A stretch of 64,000 nucleotides of DNA from Fimbriosthenelais zetlandica. Lineage: Eukaryota. The notes beneath the pieces are model-generated. The model was not told the DNA's origin, searched no databases, and saw only the letters and a program-made list of their open reading frames with translations. The stretch covers positions 21,390,001-21,454,000 of the forward strand of contig OZ365114.1 of the NCBI GenBank assembly GCA_977030845.1, given 5' to 3'. Position 1 is the first letter of the stretch; each line of letters opens with the position of its first letter. Made by a program: the position numbers and the translations under genes. Below are positions 36,249-49,148 of the stretch, one piece after another.

Positions 36249-39200
36249 ACTCCTTGTTGGGTTCATGTTTGGGACATTCTAAACCTCTCACAACAATGTA
36301 ACTGATACAATCAGTGTTCATCACTTCCCAATAAGAGCTCATTCACTAAAGCACTATCAGTTAATTGAAAAAGAAAAAGTCCAATAGGGGCAATGAAAAT
36401 GAAGTCATATTAGGCCACAGCAAATCATCAAAACTTTGTAAAGGTTTACTAGAAGATTTATCGAAGTGAGCCTACATCTTGCAATTCTAAGGAGGCTACT
36501 TAATATGCCTGAGGGTAGTATATAGACCGAGACATATGAATCAGGTAATGGGTTAGGAAAACCTCAACCCCGCTTTATGATCTTGGGAATCCAAATATAT
36601 AGAACAAATAGGAGTATTGACAGACTATAGGTTGATAGGTTTGTTAGTACAACGTTTTAGTTGCTCTGTCATTAGTCTGGTGGCCATTAGCCATGGAGTG
36701 GAGGCCATTGCTGGCTGCTGGCCGGTGGAGTGGTCATTTGGAATGCGCAGCAAGCCTCTCGTCTCAGCCCAACTAGTTGTCCGAGTAGCCATAAAGGCAG
36801 CGGACAGCTGTAGTCTGGCCTCCTAATGTCGCTTTAAAAGCTTTCAAGCCGATGTGGAGCCCATTATGGGCCACTGTTGGCACCATTTCCCGCCTTCGCT
36901 TGACGAGCAGACGATCCACAAGGCGCGCCCTCCTCTTCGCGCCTTCCTCCTCTCTCTGCATTTCATTCCTGCCACGCGCACATTCGCTCCATGCCTCGAG
37001 GCAGTCGGTGGCCTGCAAATACAATTACTTGACTTATCAAGCGATTTTGGATCCCATTAAAACAATAGCCGCGTAATTGGCGTTTAACCCCGCCGAGGCC
37101 AATGGTGGGGGGTTGGCTGGGGGAGCTGGGGCCTCCGCATGCCTGGAGGTAATTGGAGTTGCTAGTGAGAAATTCAATTTACGTGCCGGGTGTGGGTGTC
37201 GATGTCGTGAGTGTGTCACGAGGCAGACGAGATTTGCCGAGACCGCCCGAGGCTTCCTTCTTCTCGTTTCGCGCCAGAAACCAGAAAGAGAGGATCAGAA
37301 GGCAATTATGGGAAAGAGAAAGAAGGGTGGAAGACACAGCACCGGGAATAGGAGTCGCAAGAGGAGGAGCAGATGGAACCAAAATGAAGAGAACTTCTAT
37401 GTACAACTCGTGGTGGTTTGGGAGACTAATCTTCCTCAATAGATTAAAATGGGCGACCACACACATAGACACAAACAAATATACACCAGCCAGATCCATA
37501 AACGCGTGATGCTCACAAAGGTGGCTTTACTTTACACTGCCAAACCCTGGTCCATAACTCGTCACTGTGTATATTACACGATCAGCAACAAGGCTCTCAC
37601 AACCCCTTAGCATTAGTGGCACTAACAAGGTAAACTAGCAAGGTCCTCTGTGCCCAGGGTTGACCTGAAAATGAAAAAATACCAAGTTGGCAGAAAGACA
37701 TGCTCCGTGCCTGGGGAGGGCTGCGATGTTTTCTTAACTGGAAGGTTGGGGAGAAGGCTGTATGTGTGTCTGTAACTTTTCCTCAAGCCCCATGCTTTCA
37801 CCCAGTCACGCCCAGATGTGGACCAGTAGACAGTATGTGGGGACTTGGGCCTGCTTTGGTCACGATTCCTAGGACGCTAGGGGCGCTAGCAGTCCTCTGG
37901 CCTACACACAAAGTCAATAAGGGGTAAAGGTATGCATGGCTTTATTCTATGGCATGAGATAAACCTGAGGGTTGTAGTAATCCCACAGAGGGGTAAACTG
38001 ACTTGGGAGACAAGCTTTCTCTGTGTATACGGTAATAGGGCCTAATTATGTGGACGTCTTCAGTTTGGTGAAGAACACGAGCAATTCAACCACCCAGTCC
38101 TGCGAAACAACTCTCATATTGACCCGAGATCCTCCAATGGACACTGGGACGGGAAGTTGGTGAATATTGGTCAGAATTACTTCAGAATTCCAAAATATTA
38201 TTCTCCATACGAAACCCAGCCCTCAGTAGCTGGTGTTGGGTTGCTCCATCAGAGAATCCACTACACTAATTACTGATGTTTAATGGGAATGAGAAAGCCT
38301 GGACAGGGTCGGCTGCCGTCTCATGACAGGAACATGGTTGGCCTGTTGTAGAGTTCACCAGGATCAGAGGCGAGGGTTTGATGATATTGGGCAATGGAGC
38401 ATAACAGGTTATGATCCCACGGGTTAACTTAAGGTCCCAGTCTCCCAGGGTGCCCGCCATCCACCCGCTGGTTATTATTAACTCTTTCCCGCTGAAACAG
38501 CACGGAAAGTGTGCGAAAACAAATGGAAAGCTTCAGCAAAAACAATCAAGTATCAAATGACATCAAACGTAAAACAGAGTACTTTTACTTCACGGGAATT
38601 AGCTTATTTCGTGCCAATAACAATGGGTGTGTTGAAATGCACTCTTTTTAGTCGGACATTACTAGAATGGTTAAACAGTAGCGTTGAGTAATTCTTGCTG
38701 GAAGTGATTTGTAGATAAGCTTCCATTCCCGGGGGCTTGAGTCACTGTGTCCAGGGTAAAAAAGTGACCCTGAACTGGAGGCATTTCCATGAGGTCGAGG
38801 CCCAGTATTGAGGCCAGCATACGGCTTCATATGAATGCCAGATTGTACTCATACAAGGTGCTTAACAACCAAGCATGCATGCCTGAAAGTGTTCAATGTC
38901 TCACCTCTATAAAACATCGTCCATCTATTCACAAAAGCACAACCACTGGCAGATAGGCAAGAGGTGACTGAAAATATGTCCCCTACTACATCATATAGAG
39001 ATGTCCGAATGGATAACATGAGGTTATGGATGCCTGAAGACTATCAGCATCCCAGAGTGTGTGGCAGCCTTTCCTTTCACATGTAAAAATAAATTTGTCC
39101 AACTGGTCGACCGAGCGTGGAGCGAACTGTCAGACATGCAAAGACATGATGAGCGATCATGCTAGGACCATGTCTACCACATAATTCAAAACAATACCAG

Positions 39201-39339
39201 GTGTTCCTGGGTGTTGTCCTCCTCTTGACAAAAGCAGTTCACCCCAACACTCTGCTAAAAGCATGAGCGATGATTGTTTGTCTTTGGTGTTCTCTTCGTA
39301 CGTCCACCGTAATTCACGCAACACGCCGAAATGAACACA

Positions 39340-39370
39340 ACTCAAGGTCGCCTTGATCGCGACCTTGAGT
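39340..39370. repeat. 12-bp perfect inverted repeat, 7-nt loop
   Basis: ACTCAAGGTCGC-cttgatc-GCGACCTTGAGT. Confidence 0.85.
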
Positions 39371-42300
39371 CGACCTTTCTGTGAAATCACTTTCACCTCT
39401 CTTCCTTCACCTGCCGAGACAAGGGGGAAAAAGATGGAATAAAACAATAGAGGCTGGGAATGGATATTCCGATAACTGTTCCCAACTGCCGTTTAATATA
39501 TGAGGGAGGGATAAATTAAAATTGTTGCAGAGAGGGTGCAGGAATGCAGGTTACAGGTACCATAACCTGTACAGGTGACAAGCCAATAAAAAGTTCATTC
39601 TTGTTCCCCTCATTTATTTATCGTTTAGTAAACCAGGAAAGTTTAAATCTTTCATCTACAGCCGAATTCATACATCATGAAACCCTATAAAGCTCATGAC
39701 AGAACTCAACCAAAGTTTTTGTTACGTTTTCCAATGCAGAATAATTATATCGGGCAAACGAAAACGTATTTTCATGGCTGCATTATACTTTGTTAGTTCA
39801 TATATGTTATTTCAAGTTTGAGATCAGTGGAAGTGGATAGAAACTCTCTAACAATTGCATGATCTCAGAGTGTATGACTCATTAATATAGGATGATTTAA
39901 TTGCAAGCTGGTAATGTAAAACAAGGCAGGCTATCCAGGGTAAGATTGCAGGTTGATTATGCTGGAGGATAATCAACGTAGCAGAGGCAGAAACAGCCCA
40001 CTTACCAAACCCCTGCTTTGATTAATTATTGAACAATTAAGCTGTTTAATTTGCTTTGTTCCATCAATTGACTGGGCACCTGGTAGAATGTTGAAGAAAT
40101 TTGGAATCTTGCCAGATAAAAGTGAAAGAAGTGGAGCCATACGACAATTTGAGCAATGGTTTGACTTTTCAAAATAATCTGTCTGACAGGATAATTACAA
40201 ATACGGTATTAAACAATTGACTAACAGTTACTGTCACACAGATGTATTCCTTTTTATGTAGGTCTACATGTAACATTATGAATTTTCTTTTGCCTGTAGC
40301 TTGCACGCCTGTCATGAGTGATGTTTTGTAGCAGTTCATTACTGTAGCACTTATATCTATCTGCATAATTGAATTAAATCTATTACCCTTGTTTTTCACG
40401 ATCCAGTTTATTGTGATACCAGTAAAAATCTATTAGGTCAACTTCGGATCAGATGTTCTTGCAGAACACCAAAAAGACACACAGGGGAAATCATGGAGGC
40501 AGGTATAAGGGAGCTCCTGAGCACCTTGTGGTGTCTTTATGAAATGAACCATGAACCATAACTTTCTCATGGGCTCCAAGGTTAAGGGTACCACCAAAGG
40601 GGATGGGGGAATAGGCAGTGGGGGATCAAGGCAGCTGCATGTGAAGCATCAATAGCTCTAGCATGATTAGGTAGTGTTAAGCAGGCTGCTGCTAGTATAA
40701 GCCTTGGGAGGCCTAGGAATCTGAATAATATTAAGAAACCACTAGTGAATATAACCTCACCCATAGAGATTGCTGTATGGGATTTAGGAAAGGTTGTCTG
40801 GCATGCCTGGGAACCTTAAGGTGGGGTATGGGAGAGCAGCCATTAGCAGCTATTCCCTTTGGAGGCTGGAGAAAACTCCTTTCTCCACAAACACAGAAGG
40901 TTTTAGGAAAAGCTTCTGGTGGGGCTTATATATAGGGAAGGATCTTGGGTGGATTATCCAAGCCTTTAGGCTTTGTTTTGTGTGGGGATTAGGGGTTTTC
41001 CAACAGGTCATATTGCCAGTCCTACGGGCTTTGGAACGCAGTTGCTGATGCCTTAAGCTGTATAATGTTGAGTGGGTGACAATTGGAATGTAGAGGGGTT
41101 TGGCTAGGCTTTTTCTTCAGCCATTTTAAAAAATACTCCACGTTGGAAGCGTCCAATGCAGTAGTCACTAAAATCCAATGAACCTAATTGAGATTGAAGC
41201 GATTGCTGCGTTTTTTTCTAATCACAGGGATCGGTGAATAGTTGATGACTATGTTATGGAAGTTAGACATGTGGAGGCCACCATGGACTGGTCCCTGTGG
41301 AGACAGATGTCCTTCTCCAGCCTCCCTCCTACCAACCTGCCTGATTTCCCAGATGGGGCCTGGCCAGCAGCAGGATTATTTAATGATTTAATGTAATAAA
41401 TCCATGCCCCTGGCCAGACCATGCTGAGTATTTCATGAAGCTGTGCAGGTGTGTAAGAGCCCGCGGCCATGCAGGCAAGATAGGTTAGTATTATAACCTA
41501 TCCTGACTCTCAAAACAGCCCAACTAGTATCCATACTTAACCAACAACTGCCTATATCTAACCTGACAAATGTCAACTCTGTTTCTATGCCCTTTAAGAA
41601 AATCCAACCTAGAACTCTATCCTGCAATTTTCCATATAGTAAGTATGTTATTAAGCTAAATTCTGGCCTAAGCATAGAAGGTTGTGGGAGACATGTGAAG
41701 TGTTTTGGGATAGGGTATAACATGGCATGGTGTGTGAAGGAGGCTGGCATGGGGATTGCCATGTCTATACCCCTGCATACTTTAGCATGGCCAGATCCCA
41801 GGTGACGGAGCGATGTTGGGATTGCATGAGGCAAGCTTTTCATGGGACGTTTGGCCAACTACTACAAGGCTCCTGGGCTGCAATGGGTATTAGATGTGTC
41901 ACGTTCAATGGGAGGTTACAGGAGCAGAGAAATTAGGAGCAGCATGGTCAGGGGCGGAGCTGGTAGAGCTAGCTGCTCATGGTTTGTTCATCTTGCTCAG
42001 GCCTCTATTTATTTCATATGAGTATAAATCAAAGGTATTAAACCATACATTTAATAAGTATGATTTTACATTATGGAAAAAGGCTCTTTTTTGAAATGTT
42101 ATATAGCCAGTATCTATAAAGTGTCAAGGGAAGTAGGGTAAATAACAAACTGGGTTGTAGTTAAAAGTTGTAAAACTAGCATGACATGATTGAGGAATAG
42201 TGAGAGTTCATGTGTCACGCAGATAACCCGATCCCTAAGCAAAGTGCAAAATGAACTTCATGATGAGTCTGGGGCCTCCAGAGACTCTGCCTCGCCTCCT

Positions 42301-43844
42301 CCAGTGGGGTCTTTACTGGAGGAAAACACACCCATAGGTCCTGGAGGAATCACTACTTGGCATGTCTGGAGGGTGCATTTCTCCCGTGTAATCAGCAGGT
42401 GGGCGCCCATATTACTCAGCCACAGCTCAAACTTTATCCTGAATTCAATGGTCCTGGTGTATATTTAATAGCCAGGCCCATAGGCTCCTCTCTCGCCATC
42501 TACCTCCTACCTTGCTTCTCTGCCAAGTCTTGATGCAATTGTTTTCTTTCAAAGTTTCCGCCCGGAGCTTGTGTTCACTGACAACAGACAAAATCTTATT
42601 CAATAGATGTGCTGTTTGATAGAGACATGGGGATATAAAGGATTAAACCGCAAATAAAAGAGGGCAACGATTATGACATCCCAGTGGGTTCCATAGTAAT
42701 GATTTACATTGTGTCAGGATCGTACAGAGGCATAATGTGATGGGCATGAGAGGTGTAAAGGGAGATGGAAGTGGTGGAGGCAGAATGGAAGAATGGATGA
42801 AAACATGAACGAGACGAAGAGGAAAGAAAGCAATGGGCCTAAAAATCAAAAACAATGAACGGTAAAGATATAGGAAGAGAAGGCCCAAGATGTGGGAATA
42901 ATTATTTGTAATAGGGATCTCGAGTGCATGGGAATGACCATAGCCCTTGCTGAAGGATTCGACCCAGTCATGACAGAGCTTGCATCTGTTTGCGTGTATT
43001 CAACCGCCCTGAAAACGATTCATAACCATTCACTTGTCTGACACGTCCAATTTATGAATGGTTTCTTTCTGTGAAACCACCAAGAGGGAAGACTGAGGAG
43101 GAATCCCTGGACTCTATGTATTAATGATTGCAACGGGCAATTCTTATTTTAGTAACTGTTTTAAGGCCTAGGGGAGAGATGAGGGAAAGTTGCTCCCATG
43201 GCTTGAATGGTGTGCATGGCAAGGAGTAATCTTGGTCTGCCTGAGATGCTTTTGGTTGATAAGATGTTATCAGGAGCCCAGGGAGAAAGTGAGCCTGTAT
43301 TAGCCATTCATCACCCGATTCCTAATCTTAATTAGGTTACATGCTGGTTGGTTGGCACGAAAAGGATAACAATAGGAACTAAAGTTGGAAGTAGATTATC
43401 ACATTTCTCTCACGGCGGATATAGGTGTATAACAGATGATTCTGACAAGTGACGAAAGCCAAGTTGCTGCCCTGAGTGATTCACTCCAAAATTAATATCT
43501 ATAATTATAGCCATTGGTGCTGAGTTTCTATTACTACTAACTGGGACATTCACTTTCCCAAAGGAGATGTATATGATGATTTAAGGAAACAAACGTATAT
43601 ACATGCATATACAAATCATGATTCCATTGCAATAAAAGGTTCTAAGTCATTGGATGTATAGTGAGTCCTACAGCTGCTATCATCAGTGAATCACAGTCTC
43701 TTTTTTTGTGTTGTGTTGATTTTTTTTCTCGTCGTGAAACTAAATCAGCTGAAATTTACACCTTAATTGACATGCAAACCCTGCAGGAGGTGCCTCCAAT
43801 GCTCCAATGACAAGCTGGGTATTGCCATCAGGTGAAAGAGACAA

Positions 43845-43886
43845 CAGGAAGTGGAGGCTACATCACGTGACACATGACCAGCCAAT
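43845..43886. promoter_or_regulatory. ETS / USF-type E-box / CCAAT cluster
   Basis: CAGGAAGTG (43845), TCACGTGAC (43863) and AGCCAAT (43880) within 42 bp. Confidence 0.35.
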
Positions 43887-45884
43887 AAGACTTCAAGGTC
43901 GGTGCCTCTTCTCTGAAAGGACGTCAGCACTGTATAATAGACCAACAAGTCGTATCGTTAATTTTGTGAAAAGCTGCAAGTGCACTTCAAGTGGGCAGAA
44001 CAATCGTGCAACAAACTGTTAAATAGTCTTTCATAACACAATTGTTGTGATACCATTTTAGCCCAACTTCCGAATGAAAGTTCAGATAACTAGACTGGCA
44101 TCAGATCGTACCCTAACTGAAAAGGGTAATCTTGAGCATTTAGGTAATAATTTCGCCCCTGAGTGCCCACCCAGTAAATCTGATCTGTAGGTCATTATGA
44201 GTGGATGATGAAGATGAGAATAATAGTCATAAAGCAACCAAGGTGGGAGGTTTGGTGAAATCACTGTTCTCTCTGCCCTTGTCTTGTAGCCAGACCAAAC
44301 TCCTTTGTTTCCTGCTATTAAGACTAGACCCAGGAGCTGTCTCTTGTCTGTCAAACTCACCCTCCCTATTTTGCCCCCACCCCCTAACGGCCTGCTCAGA
44401 CACCTCGCATGTGGAGGCCACCTCATCGCGTGATAAACTCTAAGTGGCAGTGGGATTTTTTCCGGGGGTCCTGGGTCACCAACTGACCCCTGAGGTACGT
44501 CCTTACAACGCTCACTTCCGATAAGACACGCAAGGGAGCAGAGTTCCAACCTGTCCGCCAGGGGAGCCACCTGCAAAATGCCCGCTGATTATATCCAGCA
44601 ATAAGATGTAGATAAGAAGTTTACCTACCATCGGAATTGTTAAGCATTCACTGTTATTTTACTGTGCTAAGTAATGTGGGAATGTACTGCCGGGCTTACA
44701 TAGCTACATGTAGGCTATGTCATTTTCAATACCATTTTGTAGTTCAATTCTATCAGGAAAGTATATTACTGTAAATTGAACACTTTATGTACGAGTATAT
44801 GGGTCTGTATGAAAACATTTTACAATGGAAACCTGAATCTGTACATAGCACTTTGATAGCCTGTTGGTATAATATATAGGCGGTTGGGACGTTTTAGATT
44901 AGATTTGCTGTTGTTTGCATACATTGTCAGGGGTCTGGACCCCTCAGCCCCCAGCCCATGAATGAAACCATACAGGCGAAAACAAGGCAATGTTATCACA
45001 AAACGCTGTCTCTTGCGCTCCACTGAAACCCGAGGGTGAGAAAACGACACACAAGAAATGCGCATCATCCCCTCCCTGCTCCGGAAGGCCTGCCCAAAGC
45101 AGTGCTATGGCCGAGGCAGTGCACTAAAATAGACATGACCCGACAATAACACCTGGTTTTACGGATGGCTGAGATGAACATGGCAATGGGCCAGGAGCTG
45201 CACGGTTGCCCTGACGACGTTATTAATACTTGGCAGCGACCAGGCAAGATTTGTTTTTTGGTGCGTACAAGAAATGGCAGCATTCTGACACACGGACGTC
45301 CCGGGTCACAATGGACAAGTTAAGAAGTGAAGATCGCATGTTCATTCAAGTGTATCATATTTTGAATTCTCAAAACAACTTTCAGATATATAATCTTTAT
45401 CCACCAGCATATAAATAAATGTATAATACGTTAGGTATACTACACCTTTTAGCAGTAAAACATGTAACAATGAAGAGGACTTCTGAACAGGAAGTAGAGC
45501 ACCTGGGTACAATACCCAATCCTATACTACTCATAAATACTCTAACTCGGTAAAACATAATCTGACCTCAATATTTCGCAGCATTTAAGAAAAAGAAATG
45601 AATCAATAGTCAGGGGGTTAAACAGTGACAAAAGCTTGGACTTTTCATACGGATATCAAATACTGTATGCAGTGAGCTAGACATCGTTGCTCAATGAACA
45701 GCTTTGTAGTGGTAGGTGAACTTGTGAGCTGCTCAAGACGTATATATATGTGAGTTGAGTTTAAGAGTTGCTCGCTATTAGAGGAAGGAGAGCAGTTCAG
45801 CAGCAGTGCCCCACGCCCATTCTCCTCCACCTTCTCCTCATTACCCCATATAGGCGAGCGCCAACTTTACGAGGTCTCGCGCCA

Positions 45885-46019
45885 AATCTCGTTGAGGCGA
45901 GATTACCCGACACCTCTTGCCCTCAATCCCGGCATGCCTAACGCCCTCACTGCTCTAATTTCTCTCCTCAGAGCGGACGTCGGGGGAGGAGAGAAATTGC
46001 AATATGGCGCTGCCATATT
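45885..46019. repeat. Cluster of three inverted repeats
   Basis: 7-bp stem (45885-45904); 13-bp perfect stem AATTTCTCTCCTC / GAGGAGAGAAATT (45957-45998, 16-nt loop); 8-bp stem AATATGGC-gct-GCCATATT (46001-46019). Confidence 0.75.
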
Positions 46020-47582
46020 TCATGCCACCTTAGACTAGGTCTGCACGGGGCTTTTGTAAGGGCCTTCTATGAAAACTGATATGCTCCTTTGTTCACAGCT
46101 AAAAAGGCCAAGATGTAATCAGATACTGCGAATGGAACATTTTCAAACTGGGCCGCTGGGCGGCGGGGTCGGCGCTATAATTGGAGGCGCATGGGGGGAG
46201 CGGCGCTGGTGAGCTGACGATCTCTTCTTTTCTCCCGCGAAAAATCCACGGTCGATTCCTATCTGATGGTAGACCTATTAATTTAGCGATCATAGTGAAT
46301 CGATTTCGCTGCCACCTGCTGTAATTATGTGTAATCTACAAGATTGTCGCGTCTCGAATGTCGCCGACTCCGCCGGTAATGATGTCACCGTTTGTTTATA
46401 GCGACGTCTCCATGGGCGATGAAAGTTTGCTGGCTACTTAATTGGAAACGTTTCAAACTCTGATATTTTGTGGAGAAATTTCATTATTAAATGTGTTCAT
46501 CAAAGTTTATAAGGAAGTACTGCTTACTCGTACAAATAATGAAGACAACTATGAAGAAAAATAATAAATCTTGGACAAAAATCTCTGCTGGTAGACTGAT
46601 GTTGTTACATTTATGTAACAAGATGCATTAGAGTGCATACATACAGCGGGGGAAAGAGCAAATAAATGGATAGAGTGGATTAAATTTAGAACCACCTTCA
46701 AAAAGAATGCATTATCTCTGCCTGAAGCAAACCCACTCAAACATTTAATGAACCCAAACTATAGGGAACGCTTACTTCTGATATACATCCTCATTTTATC
46801 ACACACCAATCAACACATCAAAGGGCAACCTCTAAAAGGATTAAGTCCGTAGACACTAGGAAGGGTCTGTTTCTCTTTTATACAGCCAGAAAACCCAAAA
46901 TTCCTTCAGCGAAAGCGAGAGAGGCAAATTACCAGGTCAAGCATTATTGCTTGCCACATAATCTGCCATTCTGAAAGGACATTAATGCTGTTAGTCCGAC
47001 TTATTCCGGCCGGACACACTCTCCACTTGTGTGTACAAACATCTCTTCTCTTCACCAATTAAAAGTTTTTAATTGTAATCACCAATGTAAACAGAGGTGG
47101 TCGAAAGCCCCTGTGATGTCTGCGCCCTGTTTTCGTTGCGGATTTCATCCAACTGGGAGAGAGAGTGAGGCGATGCTTTGATAAAATGCTCCCTGCCTCT
47201 CTTTTAATCCAGTCCGCTGGGCAAAGACTTTATAAAGGGGAAAAACAAGGCATGAAAGCAATTTTGAATGTCAGTGCTGATAAGGAGGGAAGGAAAATGA
47301 GCGGTTTGGGTGAAAGGAAAGGACTATACTTGCAGCGATCACTGCAACTGAAGGACTTAATGAGTCAGGATTTGTAAAGAACCTCCGAAGCCAAGAACTG
47401 GAGATAGATCTCATTAGAGTTCCAAATACTGGACCAGTTAGGACTGCAACCAGCTCAGGTTTAGTCTGGAGTAATAGCTATCCCAATCACAAAGAGCTCA
47501 AGAATTATTTAGACAGACTAGGAAGACTAAAGGGATATCTCTAGTGATCTTATATATACTTAAACTGAAATGCGATGACCTA

Positions 47583-48038
47583 TATTTGCTCTTAAAGAAA
47601 TTTAATATAATCAAACGCAAGTGTTTGTATTCTCTGGATTGGTGCGGGTAAAATCAACCAGGGTTTGTGTTCTGGGGTTTACTTTTTCCATATCAAGCAG
47701 TTAACACCGTGATGATTGGCAATATCACTAATTATCGCCCACTCAGGCCTATATTTGCTTTGTTTCAGCACGCCAGTGAAACCGGAAGTCGTGGCCCCGC
47801 CATATTTGATCACGTGACATAGCTGGCGGGACCGCTTTTCTCAGATGGCGCTGCGAGCTGAGGTGGTCGGTGGACAGGTGACAATGGTGGGAGATAAACA
47901 AAGATAAATACGAGAAAACGGAGGCGGTGTCAACAAATAAGAGGACGGGGGGAAATGCATTTCTCCAGCTACAATATTGACTTGCTTCTGCCTTGCTAAT
48001 GGAATATCCTGAGAGTCGGCCAGGCGCACTATTTGCTC
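47583..48038. promoter_or_regulatory. Housekeeping-type promoter candidate
   Basis: ACCGGAAGT (ETS, 47781); CGCCATATTT (YY1, 47798); TCACGTGAC (47810); AGATGGCG (47843); reverse CCAAT boxes (~47638, ~47716); TATTTGCTY x3 (47583, 47752, 48030). Confidence 0.5.
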
Positions 48039-48649
48039 TTGAAGAAAGTCAATCTTTGAAAAGATACAAGAGCGCGTGTTAATATGTGTAAATATTTAGG
48101 GAGCACTCACTGGCCATGTAGGCTGGAGGCGAGGAAGCTGGGTTTGGGGATGTTGTACTCTTGGAGAGGTGAAAACCAAAGCTCTCCTAGGTGTGATGAC
48201 CTACCACCTTTCACACCTGCATCACCATCCCCAACTCTCATCATGTCATTCTCCCAACCCTCTCACTTCATCATCATGACCTCCAATCCCAGCCATCCAA
48301 TATTACATTCATTATGCTAAAAGAAAAACTCATAAATTAAGGAAGAACTTATGAAAGTTGGTGTCTGAGACGGTAGAAAAAACGATGATTTACTCTTTTG
48401 TAACACGATATGAACATTTTCCTGCGTTGGTAAAACATTCTAAGGGCAATTCATCCTGTTCTTTTTGCCTTAAGACAAACATGTCAGTACTAGGCATTGA
48501 GCCGCGATGTAACACGGCCCCAAGTAACAGCACTCGCTTAAATCACAACAACAAAACCAAAATTACATCTGACAAATCTGCTCCATAGTCTTGTCATCCA
48601 ATCAGATTAGCCCATTCCGTGCCGACTGGAGGCGGAAGGACTAAACGGG

Positions 48650-49148
48650 GAGAAATCAGGAGAGAGCTGAGGGAATCCTCTTAAGGGTGGTGTAGGAGGA
48701 GGAGGAAGAAAATGGGGAAGGGGGGAGGGGGTGGGGAGGACATGTCCATTGGGTTAACGTACAGGGCGGTCAGTGTGTCAATCATTGAAGGAAAAACATG
48801 GAGGATGGATATAAGAGGAGAGGTGGTGAGGGGAGAGAGAAGAAGGGAGAGGTAAGAGATGACTTGACAAGGGAAGACGGGGAAGATGTGGGGGAGGGAT
48901 GGGGAGAAGAGAGTTTAGGGTTAAAGGGTCATGATGAAGCTCGTCAGTAAAGTCCGGTACTTATCTCAGCATTACTGTCATATCAATACTGGACGAGTGA
49001 AATTAATTTGCAGCTGGCCAGGGGGCTGTGGTGGCGCGCTAGAAACAATCCATCAATCTCTATACTGATAACGATGATGAGTGGTGAGGGGTGGGGAGGG
49101 TGGAGTGGGAGGGGGTGGGTTAGGAAGAGGGGGGAGGGGTGGGAGGGG
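48650..49148 (+). repeat. Purine-rich / G-run low-complexity tract
   Basis: Long GA-rich stretches. 49088-49148 has ten runs of at least 3 G. Confidence 0.7.

Noticed and set aside
39094-39165. AWSELSDMQR as HMG-box helix 3
   Set aside because: Upstream spacing does not fit, helix 1 is absent, and a stop follows quickly.
40169-40399. FIMLHVDL as Y-family polymerase motif I, a possible partner of the BRCT exons
   Set aside because: It is on the opposite strand and lacks the D-x-D-x-F-F/Y pattern.
42079-42090. AAAGGCTCTTTT as a histone mRNA stem-loop
   Set aside because: The 3' arm (AGAGCC) is missing and there is no histone ORF upstream.
44082-44576. Longest ORF in the track (164 aa), and the short ORFs generally
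   Set aside because: No recognisable domain. Lengths and overlaps in all frames are as expected for non-coding DNA, and there is no prokaryotic gene organisation.
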